A DNA stretch of 33,639 bases, from positions 1 through 33,639 of the forward strand of contig NW_025213497.1 in assembly GCF_004010195.1 (NCBI RefSeq). Reading direction: 5' to 3'. A program made the translations under genes and the position numbers. The notes beneath the pieces are model-generated. The model made no database searches. It was not told the origin of the DNA and saw only the letters and a program-made list of their open reading frames with translations. The DNA is from Chiloscyllium plagiosum (taxonomy: Eukaryota). Positions 22,091 to 33,639 of the stretch are shown one piece after another (position 1 is the stretch's first letter; each line of letters begins with the position of its first letter).

Positions 22091-23215
22091 GTGTTGATGA
22101 AGACCACAGCCTGGAAGTCTTTGTGAAGCAGGCGGAGAATGGTGACAGAATTCTGCAGGTTTCCACAATGGAGGAAGGTATCCCATAACCCCTCACGGTT
22201 CACAGAGTCAAAGTCTCGAAGATCGAATAAGGCCATGTACAGACGCTGCTGCTGTTTCCTGCACTCTGCTTGGATTTGTCACACACTGACAATCCTGGCC
22301 ATTCTATCTCTTGATGGGCGGAATCTGCACTGAGACTCGGGAGGGGCTCTTCAGCCACTGGGAGGAAAGACTTAGGAGGACTCCCGTGATGACCTTTCCC
22401 ATGGCAGACAGTGGGGAAATCACTCTGTACTGTCGGACCTGTCTCCCTTCTTGAAGATGGGAACAGTAATGGCGTCTCTTAGATCTCATCACACGCTCCC
22501 TTCATTCCAGACAATGACTGTGAAGTGGTTCGTGTCAAGAATGACGCTTCACCATATTTTTGACCTTTACCAGTTATTTCATCTGTGCCAGAGGCCTTGT
22601 TGCTGTTCTGTTGTTGGAGGTGTTTTTGCCCTCAGGGTGGATTGTAGGTTTGCTGAGGTGGCTGTGGGTACTGTGTTGTGGGATGGTGTCAGGAACACTT
22701 GTCATGAAGTTTGTGAATTGGTGGAGAAGGCCCTCAAAATATTCTCTCCAGCGAGTGCTGACTCCCTCTCGTGCTTTGATGAGGGATTCTCTGTGTTTGA
22801 TTCTCAGTGTAGTCACTCCCTTGGTACTCAGACTGTAGATGGCTTTGTTTGACCTTAAGAAACCGCACACATTGTGGCTGTCACTGAGTCACTGACCCTC
22901 CCGCTCACTCTCTCCACCCACCATCTATTCTTTTGGTCACAGCTTTTTTGATACACTTCGACCTTCAGTTGTGTCTCTGCTGGTTTCCTTTTAACTGGAG
23001 TTATGGTGGAGCTGCCGGTTCAGGAATACCTCACGTTTGCCCTCTGGGACATTCTGTATCTCCTGCTTATTCTCACTGAGCCAGTCCTAGAGTTTCCCGG
23101 TGGGGATACCGAGGGTCTCCACACTGCTGCTGACTGGGAAGAGGTTTAGGTTGGACCAGATGCGGTCGGCACTCTGCGGCTCATTTATCTTGGTCATCAA
23201 GAACACTTCCTTCAG
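22090..23215 (-). mobile_element. RTE (BovB-like) LINE fragment
   Basis: RWREYFEGLL...DTIPQ, YRVISPLSAMGKVITGVLL, PESQCRFRPSR, LYMALFDL, FDSVNREGLW. Confidence 0.85.
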
Positions 23216-23229
23216 CGGAATAGCGATAG

Positions 23230-23890
23230 TTAGAGGCTAGTGTTGAATGCGTCTTTTGTCTCCTCCATTGTGGCTAGATAGGCCATTGACTGGTACTCAT
23301 GAGACACGAACATTACTTGCTAGTTACCTGGATATTGCATCATTAAATGAGATCTTACATCATTTGGAAATGGAGTGCTTCAGAATTGAGGAGCTTCGAC
23401 TGATGCTGTACGTTTTGCAATCATTAGTGAGCATCCTACACCTACCTTATGATGGAACAAAGGTGATTCGTGAAGCTACTGAAGGTGGTTGGACCAAAGA
23501 CACTCTCCTGAGAAAAGTTAGGACTCCTTGATGTAATATTCAGTCAAATGTAACATTTGAGTCAAAAGTAGTCAGTCTCATTTCACCTCTGGAGTTCCAC
23601 TCTTTTCCTTTCCATTTCTGTAACAATGTTTTAATGAGATCAGGAGGCAACTGGTCCTGGCTGAAACTATACTGACCGCCTTTGTGCATTTCATTACTTT
23701 CCAATTGTTGTTTAATAGTGATCTTTTCCATCACTTTGGGAATCACGGAGAGTAGATGTTGAGGTAATGGCTTGTTAGAGGTTTTCCTGCTATTGAGACA
23801 TGAGGTCACTCTGGGGAAATTTACCCCATTGTCAGATTAATCCCAGTGTTGTAGCTCTCCTGAAACAGTTTGGCTAAGGTCAACATTGCG
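23230..23890 (-). mobile_element. Additional decayed copy of the second CR1/L2-group LINE RT region
   Basis: 23420-23530 is paralogous to 21180-21280; LLSVIPKVMEK...QYSFSQD...FDSNVTFD. Confidence 0.7.
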
Positions 23891-23999
23891 GAATAGAGTT
23901 GGGAAAGATTATCCCAGGGAATATTTAACATTTATCCTTTGCCCCAATACAGGTTTCCTGTACCAGGACAAACACGGGCAAGGGTTGTTGTTGTGTTGT

Positions 24000-24150
24000 C
24001 ATAGTCAAACCTCTCATTAGAGAGAAGTGACTGGTGCTGATTTAACCTGAGGACCACCAGACCTCAGGTGAGGGAAGAGAGGATGAGAAGGAGAGTCCTT
24101 CATTGTAACCTGAAACCGGAGATGGGAATTGAACCCACCCTGTTTGCAGG
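24000..24150 (-). mobile_element. tRNA-derived SINE-like fragment (related piece at ~25240-25360)
   Basis: Minus-strand B-box GGTTCAATTCC at ~24124-24135; shares the tctc...gagaga...actggtg...tttaac segment with 25260-25300. Confidence 0.5.
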
Positions 24151-24574
24151 ACACGGGTAGCTCCTGTTGATTCCCAATGACTTTCAGCTTCAACATGCAT
24201 CATTGCCAACACATCTCTTTTCCATGCTCAGAACTACTTAGAGAGTGCACTGAGGGATAAACGACCCAGTCTATGCATTGTTGTCCCTCTCTCTTTCTCT
24301 CCATCACTCCTGCTGTCTCTCTCTCTCACACACACACTTTCTCACTCTCTCTTTCTCCCTCTCTCAGAGAAGTCCTGTTCTGGCTGTTTTATTGAGAAAA
24401 TATCAGACAAATTGAAGAACAATTTCATCCTCAGTCCGACTGTAAAAATAATCTTTCTGTGTCCTCTTAACGTCTGCTACGATTCTCTTCCCTGTTCACT
24501 GCATTGTCAAATTGTGTTGCATCTGCAAAATTGGAAGTTATACCCTTAGCATCCAAGTCTAGCAATTACAATAA

Positions 24575-24745
24575 TGTCAACCAGGTAGGCTGGACAGGAT
24601 ATGCGTTCCCTGGTTGCACTAGATTAATAACCCCAGATGAAAAGAAAGAGTGCCGGACATCCTGACACTCTGAGAGGAAGGCCTTTCCCTGTGTATACAA
24701 AGAGGCACTTGATAATGGGATACCAGCCTGTGTGGAGTTATTTCA
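24575..24745 (+). mobile_element. Possible degenerate solo-LTR fragment
   Basis: Begins near TGTC and ends ...gtggagttatttCA. Resembles, from recall only, a shark LTR 3' end. Confidence 0.3.
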
Positions 24746-25479
24746 CCAAGTCCAGTAATGTTCTGAATACGAGCTGCCATCAGTGAATTTCAGTTGCCTG
24801 GAGCACATGGGTCTACAATGATTGTGATTCTTAGTCTGTTATTATTAAAGGATAAACACTGTGATGCCAGTGGCACTGAATTGCAGCGTAATTTATCACA
24901 GCATTCGGCAAGAGTAAGCTATTGAATATCAAAGAACTTTCAAATTTAAAGTGTCTGAAATTACAATGGATGAGCCTGTCTTATATAATGTCTATAAATA
25001 CATTCTTATGACACAACAGGAGCACTGCTTTCTTTTCCCTGTTCAGATCAGACAATTTTCCACATCTAGATGTGGAATGATGTGGACCATATAATCCAAA
25101 CTGCTTCCAATTCCTGTGTTATTGAATTTATTTTATTGCTGGTATTACTTTGGAATTTCATTCAACATCAAACATCAATTGAAGCATATTCGGGTGATTA
25201 TTTCCTGGATTGGGACATAAAGACACCGTGATGGAATCGCCATAGTTCCACAAGGCTGTTCTCTCACAGTGAGAGACAACTGGTGGGGACTTTAACGAAG
25301 GATAACCTCATCTCTCTACATCTCACACCAGCTTTCCAGCCAACTGTGCTAACTGAGACTGACTTATGATATTATTACTGAAGGTGTGACAGTTATATAG
25401 TTAAAAAAGATAGTTAGGCCAAGGACACAATCTTGAGGAACTCCTGGAGCTTAGATGAGCTCCAACAACCACACTAATT

Positions 25480-25700
25480 TCTATGGGACTGGAGTCACTT
25501 GCAGCCCAAACCAGGTAAGGACAGCAGGTTTCTATCCCTAAACGACATTAGTGAACCAGATGGGATTTTACGAGAATGGACATTGTTTCATTGTTAACAT
25601 TACTTTAATAATTGCATATATTTATGAAATTAAACTTCTAACATCTGCTATAATAGGAATAAATCCAGGTCCATGATAATAGATCTGAAGTAACTGGATA
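25480..25700 (-). mobile_element. SacSINE1/Deu-domain-like SINE
   Basis: ggagtcacttgcagcccaaaccaggtaaggacagcaggtttctatccctaaacgacattagtgaaccagatggg is homologous to 3860-3926. Confidence 0.7.
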
Positions 25701-25822
25701 TGAGCCAATTCGAAGGCTGATTTTCTGGTTAATTTAGAACCCAACTTGATTGTTCTAATTACAAAATAATGGTTTAACTTTTATTGTTTATAATTTAATG
25801 TTAATTTGTCCCGAATTGGCTT

Positions 25823-26900
25823 AGAGTCATAGACATGTACTGCACGGAAACAGACCCTTCGGTCCAACCCGTCCATGCGACCAGATATCCCAACCCACTC
25901 TAGTCCCACCTGTCAGCACCCGGCCCATATACCTCCACACATTCCCGATTCATATAGACATCCAAATGCTTTTTCAAATATTGCAATTGGACTAGCCTCC
26001 ACCACTTCCTCTGCCAGCTCATTCCATATATGTACCACACTCTGCGTGAACAAGTTGCTCCTTAGGCTTCTTTGATATCGTTCCCCTCTCACCCTAAGCC
26101 TATGCCATCCAGTTCTGGACTCCCCGACCCCAGAGAAATGACCTTGTCTACTTACCATATCCATGCCCCTCATAATTTTGAAAACCGCTATAAATCACCC
26201 CTCAGCCTGTGATGCTCCAGGGAAAACAGCGCCAGCCTGTCCAGTCTCTCCCTATAGCTTAAACGCTCCAACCCTGGCAACATCCTTGTAAATCTTTCCT
26301 GAACCCTTTCAAGTTTCACAACACGTTTCTGATAGGAAACAGACCAGAATTGCACATAATATAACAACAGTTGTCTAACCATTGTCCTATACAGCCGCAA
26401 AATGACCTCCCAACTCCTGTACTCAGTACTCTGACCGATAAAGGAAAGCATACGAAACGCCTTCTTCACTGTCCTACATGTGACTCCACTTGCAAGGAGC
26501 TATGAACCTGCACTCCAAGGTTTCTTTGTTCAGAAACACTGCCGAGGACTTGAACATTAATTGTGTAAGTTCTGCTAAGATTTGCTTTCTCAAAGTATAG
26601 CACCTCTCATTTATCTGAATTAATCTCCATCTACCACTTCTCAGCCCATCGGCCCATCTGAACAAGATCCTGCTGTAATATGAGATAACCTTCTTCGCTG
26701 TCCACTACACCTCCAAAATTGGGGTCGTCTGCAAACTTACTAACCATACTTCCTATATTAACATCCAAATCATTTACATAAATGAGGAAAAATAGTGGAC
26801 CCATAAACGATCCTTGTTGTACACCACTAGCGACAGGCCTCCAGTCTGATAAATAACCCTCCACCACCACCCTCTGTCTTCTACATTTGAACCAATTCTG
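25823..26900 (-). mobile_element. CR1 (HER1-like) LINE, 5'-truncated
   Basis: RRQRVVVEGYLSDWRPVASGVQQGSFMGPLFFLIYVNDLD..SKFADD through the ORF2 end, 3' UTR and ctatgact tail. Confidence 0.95.
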
Positions 26901-27096
26901 AAGTGGGGACTGTCTATAACAATCGCTTGAATTCATTGGGCAATATTGTGAGACTATGCAGTCTGTGTCTGGTCGAGATGGATTAGTGCATTTGCTCAGT
27001 AGGAAGTTTGAAGGACCTGTCGATAAACAGCATAAATTATTTTCACAAAGGCTGGCATTAAGTACGAATGTGGAAGAATAATCTATATGTGAGTGA

Positions 27097-27097
27097 G

Positions 27098-27166
<69 letters not shown>

Positions 27167-27177
27167 TGTGTGTGGGT
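27097..27177. repeat. (GT)n microsatellite
   Basis: Direct inspection; runs into the gap. Confidence 0.98.
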
Positions 27178-28155
27178 NNNNNNNNNNNNNNNNNNNNNNN
27201 NNNNNNNNNNNNNNNNNNNNNNNNNNNNNNNNNNNNNNNNNNNNNNNNNNNNNNNNNNNNNNNNNNNNNNNNNNNNNNNNNNNNNNNNNNNNNNNNNNNN
27301 NNNNNNNNNNNNNNNNNNNNNNNNNNNNNNNNNNNNNNNNNNNNNNNNNNNNNNNNNNNNNNNNNNNNNNNNNNNNNNNNNNNNNNNNNNNNNNNNNNNN
27401 NNNNNNNNNNNNNNNNNNNNNNNNNNNNNNNNNNNNNNNNNNNNNNNNNNNNNNNNNNNNNNNNNNNNNNNNNNNNNNNNNNNNNNNNNNNNNNNNNNNN
27501 NNNNNNNNNNNNNNNNNNNNNNNNNNNNNNNNNNNNNNNNNNNNNNNNNNNNNNNNNNNNNNNNNNNNNNNNNNNNNNNNNNNNNNNNNNNNNNNNNNNN
27601 NNNNNNNNNNNNNNNNNNNNNNNNNNNNNNNNNNNNNNNNNNNNNNNNNNNNNNNNNNNNNNNNNNNNNNNNNNNNNNNNNNNNNNNNNNNNNNNNNNNN
27701 NNNNNNNNNNNNNNNNNNNNNNNNNNNNNNNNNNNNNNNNNNNNNNNNNNNNNNNNNNNNNNNNNNNNNNNNNNNNNNNNNNNNNNNNNNNNNNNNNNNN
27801 NNNNNNNNNNNNNNNNNNNNNNNNNNNNNNNNNNNNNNNNNNNNNNNNNNNNNNNNNNNNNNNNNNNNNNNNNNNNNNNNNNNNNNNNNNNNNNNNNNNN
27901 NNNNNNNNNNNNNNNNNNNNNNNNNNNNNNNNNNNNNNNNNNNNNNNNNNNNNNNNNNNNNNNNNNNNNNNNNNNNNNNNNNNNNNNNNNNNNNNNNNNN
28001 NNNNNNNNNNNNNNNNNNNNNNNNNNNNNNNNNNNNNNNNNNNNNNNNNNNNNNNNNNNNNNNNNNNNNNNNNNNNNNNNNNNNNNNNNNNNNNNNNNNN
28101 NNNNNNNNNNNNNNNNNNNNNNNNNNNNNNNNNNNNNNNNNNNNNNNNNNNNNNN
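27178..28155. other. Assembly gap (978 N)
   Basis: Run of N. Confidence 1.
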
Positions 28156-28648
28156 AAAGAGTTCAGAAAAGATTTACAAGGATGTTGCCAGGGTTGGAGG
28201 ATTTGAGCTACAGGGATAGGTTGAACAGGCTGGGGATGTTTTCTCTGGAGCGTCGGAGGCTGAGGGGTGACTTTATAGAGGTTTACAAAATTATGAGGGG
28301 CATAGATAGGGTAAATAGGCAAAGTCTTTTCCCTGGGGTCGGGGAGACCAGAACTAGAGGGCATTCATTTAGGGTGAGAGGGGAAAGATATGAAAGAGAC
28401 CTCAGGGATAAGTTTTTCACACAGAGGGTGGTACGTGAATGGAATGAGCTGCCAGAGGATATGATGGAGGCTGGTACAATTGCAACATTTAAGAGGCATT
28501 TGGATGGGTATATGAATAGGAAGGGGTTGGAGGGATATGGGCCGGGTGCTGGCAGGTGGGACTAGATTGGGTTGGGATATCTGGTCGGCATGGGCAGGTT
28601 GGACCGAAGGGTCTGTTTCCATGCTGTACATCTCTATGACTCTATGAC
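28156..28648 (+). mobile_element. Young CR1 (HER1-like) LINE 3' end
   Basis: Uninterrupted RVQKRFTRMLPGLEDLSY...GAGRWD* (stop 28563-65), 3' UTR and (ctctatga)2 tail. Confidence 0.95.
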
Positions 28649-29217
28649 ATGGTTTGTGGTGGCCATCTTGACTGGGCATGCATGCCCAGTTTTTTTCAGT
28701 ATTGATTGCTAATGATAACAAATGCCCGCGCATGGCCAAGGTTTGGGCTGGTTAGCTTCCTCTGCCAGCCCGGTGAGAGTCTGGAGCAGGCAGATACCCA
28801 CCTCCCAGGGGAGGTGGCGCATGGGCACAACCCCTCATTGCTGCTCTCCCTGAAACACACACTGACCCAGAGGGAAACCAGCTCGGATCCCGTGTCTGAA
28901 TCAATGACCTTTGGCGTGAACAGTCCGCTCGCTTCTGATCGGGAAGGATTTGGGAATGTTTTCCTCTGGAAGCTGAGCTGACTGTCATGTGACAGAGGCT
29001 GTAATAAGAGCAGCTCATTGTTCGGCATGAGGCACTGGGAGCTGTTTCCTGTTTACTGCCCTTGAGGCGACCATATCCCTTCACAACGTGGACAAATTCA
29101 AAGGGTTCCCGAGTTTCTATGCTCTGTGCTGTCCTTGCGAATCACCCTTTGACAGGACCTAAATCAGCTCTTGTTCTGTGACATCTACAGGACAGCTGAC
29201 TCAGCCATCTGGCTCCC

Positions 29218-29517
29218 TCACACGCACACACACACTCACATGCACACACACTTATACACACACTCACACTCATACTGATACATACATACACTGTCACACG
29301 CACACACACTCTCACATACACACTCACTCACATGCACACACACACTCACATACTGGCACATACATACACTCTCACACGCACATGCACACACTCACATGCA
29401 CACACACTCATACACATGCTCACACTCATACTGACACATACACTCTCACGCACACATGCACACACTCTCACGCACACACACACTCACATGCACACACACT
29501 CACAAACACACACACAC
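29218..29517. repeat. Degenerate (CA)n-rich tract
   Basis: Direct inspection. Confidence 0.95.
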
Positions 29518-29779
29518 GGGCTTATATGGGGACAATGAGCATCTTGTGTTAGTGTCGCTCCCACTGGGTTAGAAGGCTCAAGTCCCAGCAGCCAGCCAGG
29601 TTGAGAAGGAGATTGGCCCCTTCCAGCATGTCCTTCAGCAGCTGTCTGTCTGCATTGGAACAGCGAGCTGAGGAAACGTGTGACGCTGTGATGTGATTTA
29701 CTTTGGTCAGAGAGACAATATCAAAGTCAGGGTCCCATTCGATAGGGGCCTGAAGTACAGGAGAGGAAACGGGCAGTAA

Positions 29780-30010
29780 TTACAAAATTATGAGGGGCAT
29801 GGATAGGATAAACAGACAAAGTCTATGCTGAAGGGGCAGTATAGGTTGACAGATGGTTAATAAAGCAGATAGCAACCTGGGCTTTGAGTACAACACAGAG
29901 GAAGCTTACACGAACGTCCGAAATAGGAGAAGGCCCTTTGGCCCCTCAAACCTGCTCCGTCATTCGCTAAAATCATGGTTGACCTGCCTCGGGCCTCAAC
30001 TCCTTGTTTG
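29780..30010. mobile_element. Small CR1 scraps (+ strand 29780-29824; - strand 3' UTR ~29920-30005)
   Basis: tacaaaattatgaggggcatggatagg matches 28284-28327. Confidence 0.55.
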
Positions 30011-30061
30011 TGCTCTACCTTTATAAAGCACGGGTTCAGGGTCAGCTAAAGGGCGCTCATT

Positions 30062-30190
30062 TCAAGCATCCTATCCGAGTGCATCACGGCTTGGTACAGT
30101 AACTGCTCTGCCCAGGACTGTAACAAACTACAGGGAGTAGTGAACCCAGCTCAGTCCCTCACACAGACCAACCTTCCATCCACTGATTCC
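30062..30190 (+). mobile_element. Rex1/Babar-like LINE fragment
   Basis: SILSECITAWYSNCSAQDCNKLQGVVNPAQSLTQTNLPS. Confidence 0.7.
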
Positions 30191-30197
30191 AGATAAA

Positions 30198-30582
30198 ATG
30201 GTGGCTCAGTGTTTAGCACTGCTGCCTCCCAGTGCCGGGGACCCGGGTTCAATGCCAGCCTCGGGTGACTGTCTGTGTGGAGTTTGTACATTCTCCCTGT
30301 GTCTGCGCGGGTTTCCTCCGGGTGCTCCGGTTTCCTCCCACAGTCGACAGATGTACAGGTTAGAGTGGATTGGCCATGCTAAATTGTCCCATGGTGCCCA
30401 GTGATGTGCAGGTTAGGGTGGATTGGCCATGCTAAATTGTCCCATAGTGCCCAGGGATGTGCAGGTTAGGGTGGATTGGCCGTGGGAAATGCAGGGATAG
30501 GGTGGGTCTGGGTGGGGTGCTGTTTGGAGGGTCAGCACACACGCAATGGGACAACTGGCCTGTGTCCACACTGCTGGGATTC
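30198..30582 (+). mobile_element. HE1-like V-SINE with internal tandem amplification
   Basis: A box tggctcagtg, B box ggttcaatgcc, V-domain, three copies of gatgt.caggttag.gtggattggcc (30350, 30403, 30456) and a CR1-like tail. Confidence 0.9.
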
Positions 30583-31275
30583 GATGTCAACACCTCCTGC
30601 TGCCTGAGGGGACGTACCCCACTCTCACACACATGCACACTGCATCCTGTCCAACCCCCTCCCCGTCCAGTCATGTGGTCACCCAGGCGTCCCTCCTTAT
30701 GCACACATTCAGACGCTATGGCAACAGGGATGGAATGGGATGTACCTGAGGAGACTAAAGCCAGGAAGCATAGAATGGACAGAATCTCCATTCCGTCTTG
30801 TTACTCTCCGTCAGTGTGCAGTTCGGGCCCTGAGAGTGTTTGGGGGTGAAGGCCCAGGACAGGATGGACTGAACCCAAAGCAAACCTCCTTCCCAGGGAT
30901 CAGGAGCAGCGAGCCATTGCCTGTCTCTTGGGCAGTCAGACTGTTGCTCGCCATTTGTCAGGCCCAGCCTGAATCGAGGCCGGTACTCGCTCCACAGCAA
31001 CACCTCCACAGCACCTACCCCTACGCCACGTCAGCCTCAGGCTGGGAGAGGGTAATGGAGGCTTGGAGTCCAAGGCCGAAGCCAATAAATCTTCAGTAAG
31101 TGGGATTCTGCTCAGGAAAGCCTTGTTGCCAAGGGGACTCACTCAGAGCATCCTCATTTCGCTGGTGATTGAGAAGGAGCACATGGGAAGGTCACATAGT
31201 CTCCTGGGAGTTCCAGTCAATATTCACTCACTGTCTCCAGGTTTGATGCTCTCTCTGTCTCTCTGTATCTAGATC

Positions 31276-31687
31276 CAGAGTAAAGTTCTCTCTACACTGT
31301 CCCACGTCAAACACTCCCAGGATAGGGGCAGCACGGGGTCACATACAGAGTAAAGCTCCCTCTACATTGTCCGCATCAAACCCGGTATCTCGCCCCTGCT
31401 GTCCCTGAACTGGGAAGGTTTGATGGGGATGGTGTAGAGAGAGCTTTACTCTGTATCTAACCCTGTGCTGTCCCTGTCCCTGGGAGTGTTTGATGGGGGA
31501 TGGTGTAGAGAGAGCTTTACTCTGTATCGAACCCCGTGCTGTCCCTGTCCTGGGAGTGTTTGATGGGGGGACAGTGTAGAGGGAGCTTTACTCTGTATCG
31601 AACCCCGTGCTGTCCCTGTCCTGGGAGTGTTTGATGTGGGGACAGTGTAGAGGGAGCTTTACTCTGTATCTAACCCCGTGCTGTCCC
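31276..31687. repeat. ~70-bp minisatellite, left block, with orientation switch at ~31385
   Basis: Unit ggagtgtttgatggggacagtgtagagggagctttactctgtatctaaccccgtgctgtccctgtcctg; reverse-complement units at 31276-31381. Confidence 0.95.
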
Positions 31688-32631
31688 NNNNNNNNNNNNN
31701 NNNNNNNNNNNNNNNNNNNNNNNNNNNNNNNNNNNNNNNNNNNNNNNNNNNNNNNNNNNNNNNNNNNNNNNNNNNNNNNNNNNNNNNNNNNNNNNNNNNN
31801 NNNNNNNNNNNNNNNNNNNNNNNNNNNNNNNNNNNNNNNNNNNNNNNNNNNNNNNNNNNNNNNNNNNNNNNNNNNNNNNNNNNNNNNNNNNNNNNNNNNN
31901 NNNNNNNNNNNNNNNNNNNNNNNNNNNNNNNNNNNNNNNNNNNNNNNNNNNNNNNNNNNNNNNNNNNNNNNNNNNNNNNNNNNNNNNNNNNNNNNNNNNN
32001 NNNNNNNNNNNNNNNNNNNNNNNNNNNNNNNNNNNNNNNNNNNNNNNNNNNNNNNNNNNNNNNNNNNNNNNNNNNNNNNNNNNNNNNNNNNNNNNNNNNN
32101 NNNNNNNNNNNNNNNNNNNNNNNNNNNNNNNNNNNNNNNNNNNNNNNNNNNNNNNNNNNNNNNNNNNNNNNNNNNNNNNNNNNNNNNNNNNNNNNNNNNN
32201 NNNNNNNNNNNNNNNNNNNNNNNNNNNNNNNNNNNNNNNNNNNNNNNNNNNNNNNNNNNNNNNNNNNNNNNNNNNNNNNNNNNNNNNNNNNNNNNNNNNN
32301 NNNNNNNNNNNNNNNNNNNNNNNNNNNNNNNNNNNNNNNNNNNNNNNNNNNNNNNNNNNNNNNNNNNNNNNNNNNNNNNNNNNNNNNNNNNNNNNNNNNN
32401 NNNNNNNNNNNNNNNNNNNNNNNNNNNNNNNNNNNNNNNNNNNNNNNNNNNNNNNNNNNNNNNNNNNNNNNNNNNNNNNNNNNNNNNNNNNNNNNNNNNN
32501 NNNNNNNNNNNNNNNNNNNNNNNNNNNNNNNNNNNNNNNNNNNNNNNNNNNNNNNNNNNNNNNNNNNNNNNNNNNNNNNNNNNNNNNNNNNNNNNNNNNN
32601 NNNNNNNNNNNNNNNNNNNNNNNNNNNNNNN
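31688..32631. other. Assembly gap (944 N)
   Basis: Run of N. Confidence 1.
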
Positions 32632-32839
32632 TACGGCGGAGGCGGAGGAATTGGGGATACGGGATGGCATTTTTGCAAGAGATAGGGTTGGAAGAGGTGT
32701 AATCCAGGTAGCTGTGGGAGTCGGTGGGTTTGTAAAAAATGTCAGTGTCAAGTCGGTCGTCATTAATGGAGATGGAGAGGTCCAGGAAGGGGAGGGAGGT
32801 GTCAGAGATGGTCCAGGTAAATTTAAGGTCAGGGTGGAA
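32632..32839 (-). mobile_element. Penelope-like element RT C-terminal fragment
   Basis: Open frame FHPDLKFTWTISDTSLPFLDLSISINDDRLDTDIFYKPTDSHSYLDYTSSNPISCKNAIPYPQFLRLRR. Confidence 0.9.
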
Positions 32840-33568
32840 GTGTTTGATGGGGACAGTGTAGAGAGAGCTTTACTCTGTATCTAACCCCGTGCTGTCCCTG
32901 TCCTGGGAGTGTTTGATGGGGGGACAGTGTAAAGGGAACTTTACTCTGTATCTAACCCCGTGTTGTGTGTGTCCTGGGAGTGTTTGATGGGGGGACAGTG
33001 TAGAGTTGCTTTACTCTGTATCTAACCCCGTGTTATGTGTGTCCTCGGAGTGTTTGATGGGGGGACAGTGTAGAGGGAGCTTTACTCTGTATCTAACCCC
33101 ATGCTGTCCCTGTCCTGGGAGTGTTTGAAGGGGACAGTGTAAAGGGAACTTTACTCTGTATCTAACCCCGTGCTGTCCTGGTCCTGGGAGTGTTTGATGG
33201 GGGGACAGTGTAGAGGGAGCTTTACTCTGTATCTAACCCCGTGTTGTGTGTGTCCTGGGAGTGTTTGATGGGGGGACAGTGTAGAGGGAGCTTTACTCTG
33301 TATCTAACCCCGTGCTGTCCCTGTCCTGGGAGTGTTTGATGGGGGCACAGTGTAGAGGAAGCTTTACTCTGTATCGAACCCCGTGTTGTGTGTGTCCTGG
33401 GAGTGTTTGATGGGGGGGCGGACTGTGTAGAGGAAGCTTTACTCTGCATCTAACCCCGTGCTGTCCCTGTCCTGGGAGTGTTTGATGGGGACAGTGTAGA
33501 GGGAGCTTTACTCTGTATCTAACCCCGTGTTGTGTGTGTCCTGGGAGTGTTTGATGGGGGGACAGTGA
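32839..33568. repeat. ~70-bp minisatellite, right block (about 10.5 units)
   Basis: Same unit as the left block. Confidence 0.97.
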
Positions 33569-33639
33569 CGTGAGTGCTTTATTTTCAGTTCAAAAGAGTC
33601 GAGGGAGATTTCATCTGTTTAAAGGAGTAGAGTAAGCTT

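Noticed and set aside
29178..29552. His/Thr-rich ORFs
   Set aside because: Translation of a (CA)n tract.
32839..33568. CRISPR-like regular array
   Set aside because: Whole units repeat with no unique spacers, no cas genes, eukaryotic context.

Overview
Repeat-dense, gapped vertebrate genomic DNA (three N-runs). The repeat repertoire (HE1-like V-SINEs, SacSINE1/Deu-like SINEs, HER1-like CR1 LINEs, Penelope pieces, a ~70-bp minisatellite) points to a shark or other elasmobranch. No intact protein-coding gene is supported. Main content: (1) a two-exon GPR139/GPR142-like class A GPCR pseudogene (1676-1742 + 5592-6469) with one nonsense codon and three -1 frameshifts; (2) a decayed, near full-length Ty3/Gypsy LTR retrotransposon (9583-~15290) with the atypical Gmr1-like order gag(SCAN, CCHC)-PR-IN-RT-RNaseH, plus PBS, PPT and 3' LTR; (3) several short Penelope-like terminal elements carrying minimal hammerhead-ribozyme motifs, including a palindromic one with a U3-A8 compensatory core in both arms; (4) many CR1/L2, RTE, Rex1-like and SINE fragments; (5) a ~70-bp minisatellite with an orientation switch and an adjoining Penelope RT fragment. 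Family names come from recognition of motifs, not database searches, and boundaries of old repeats are approximate.
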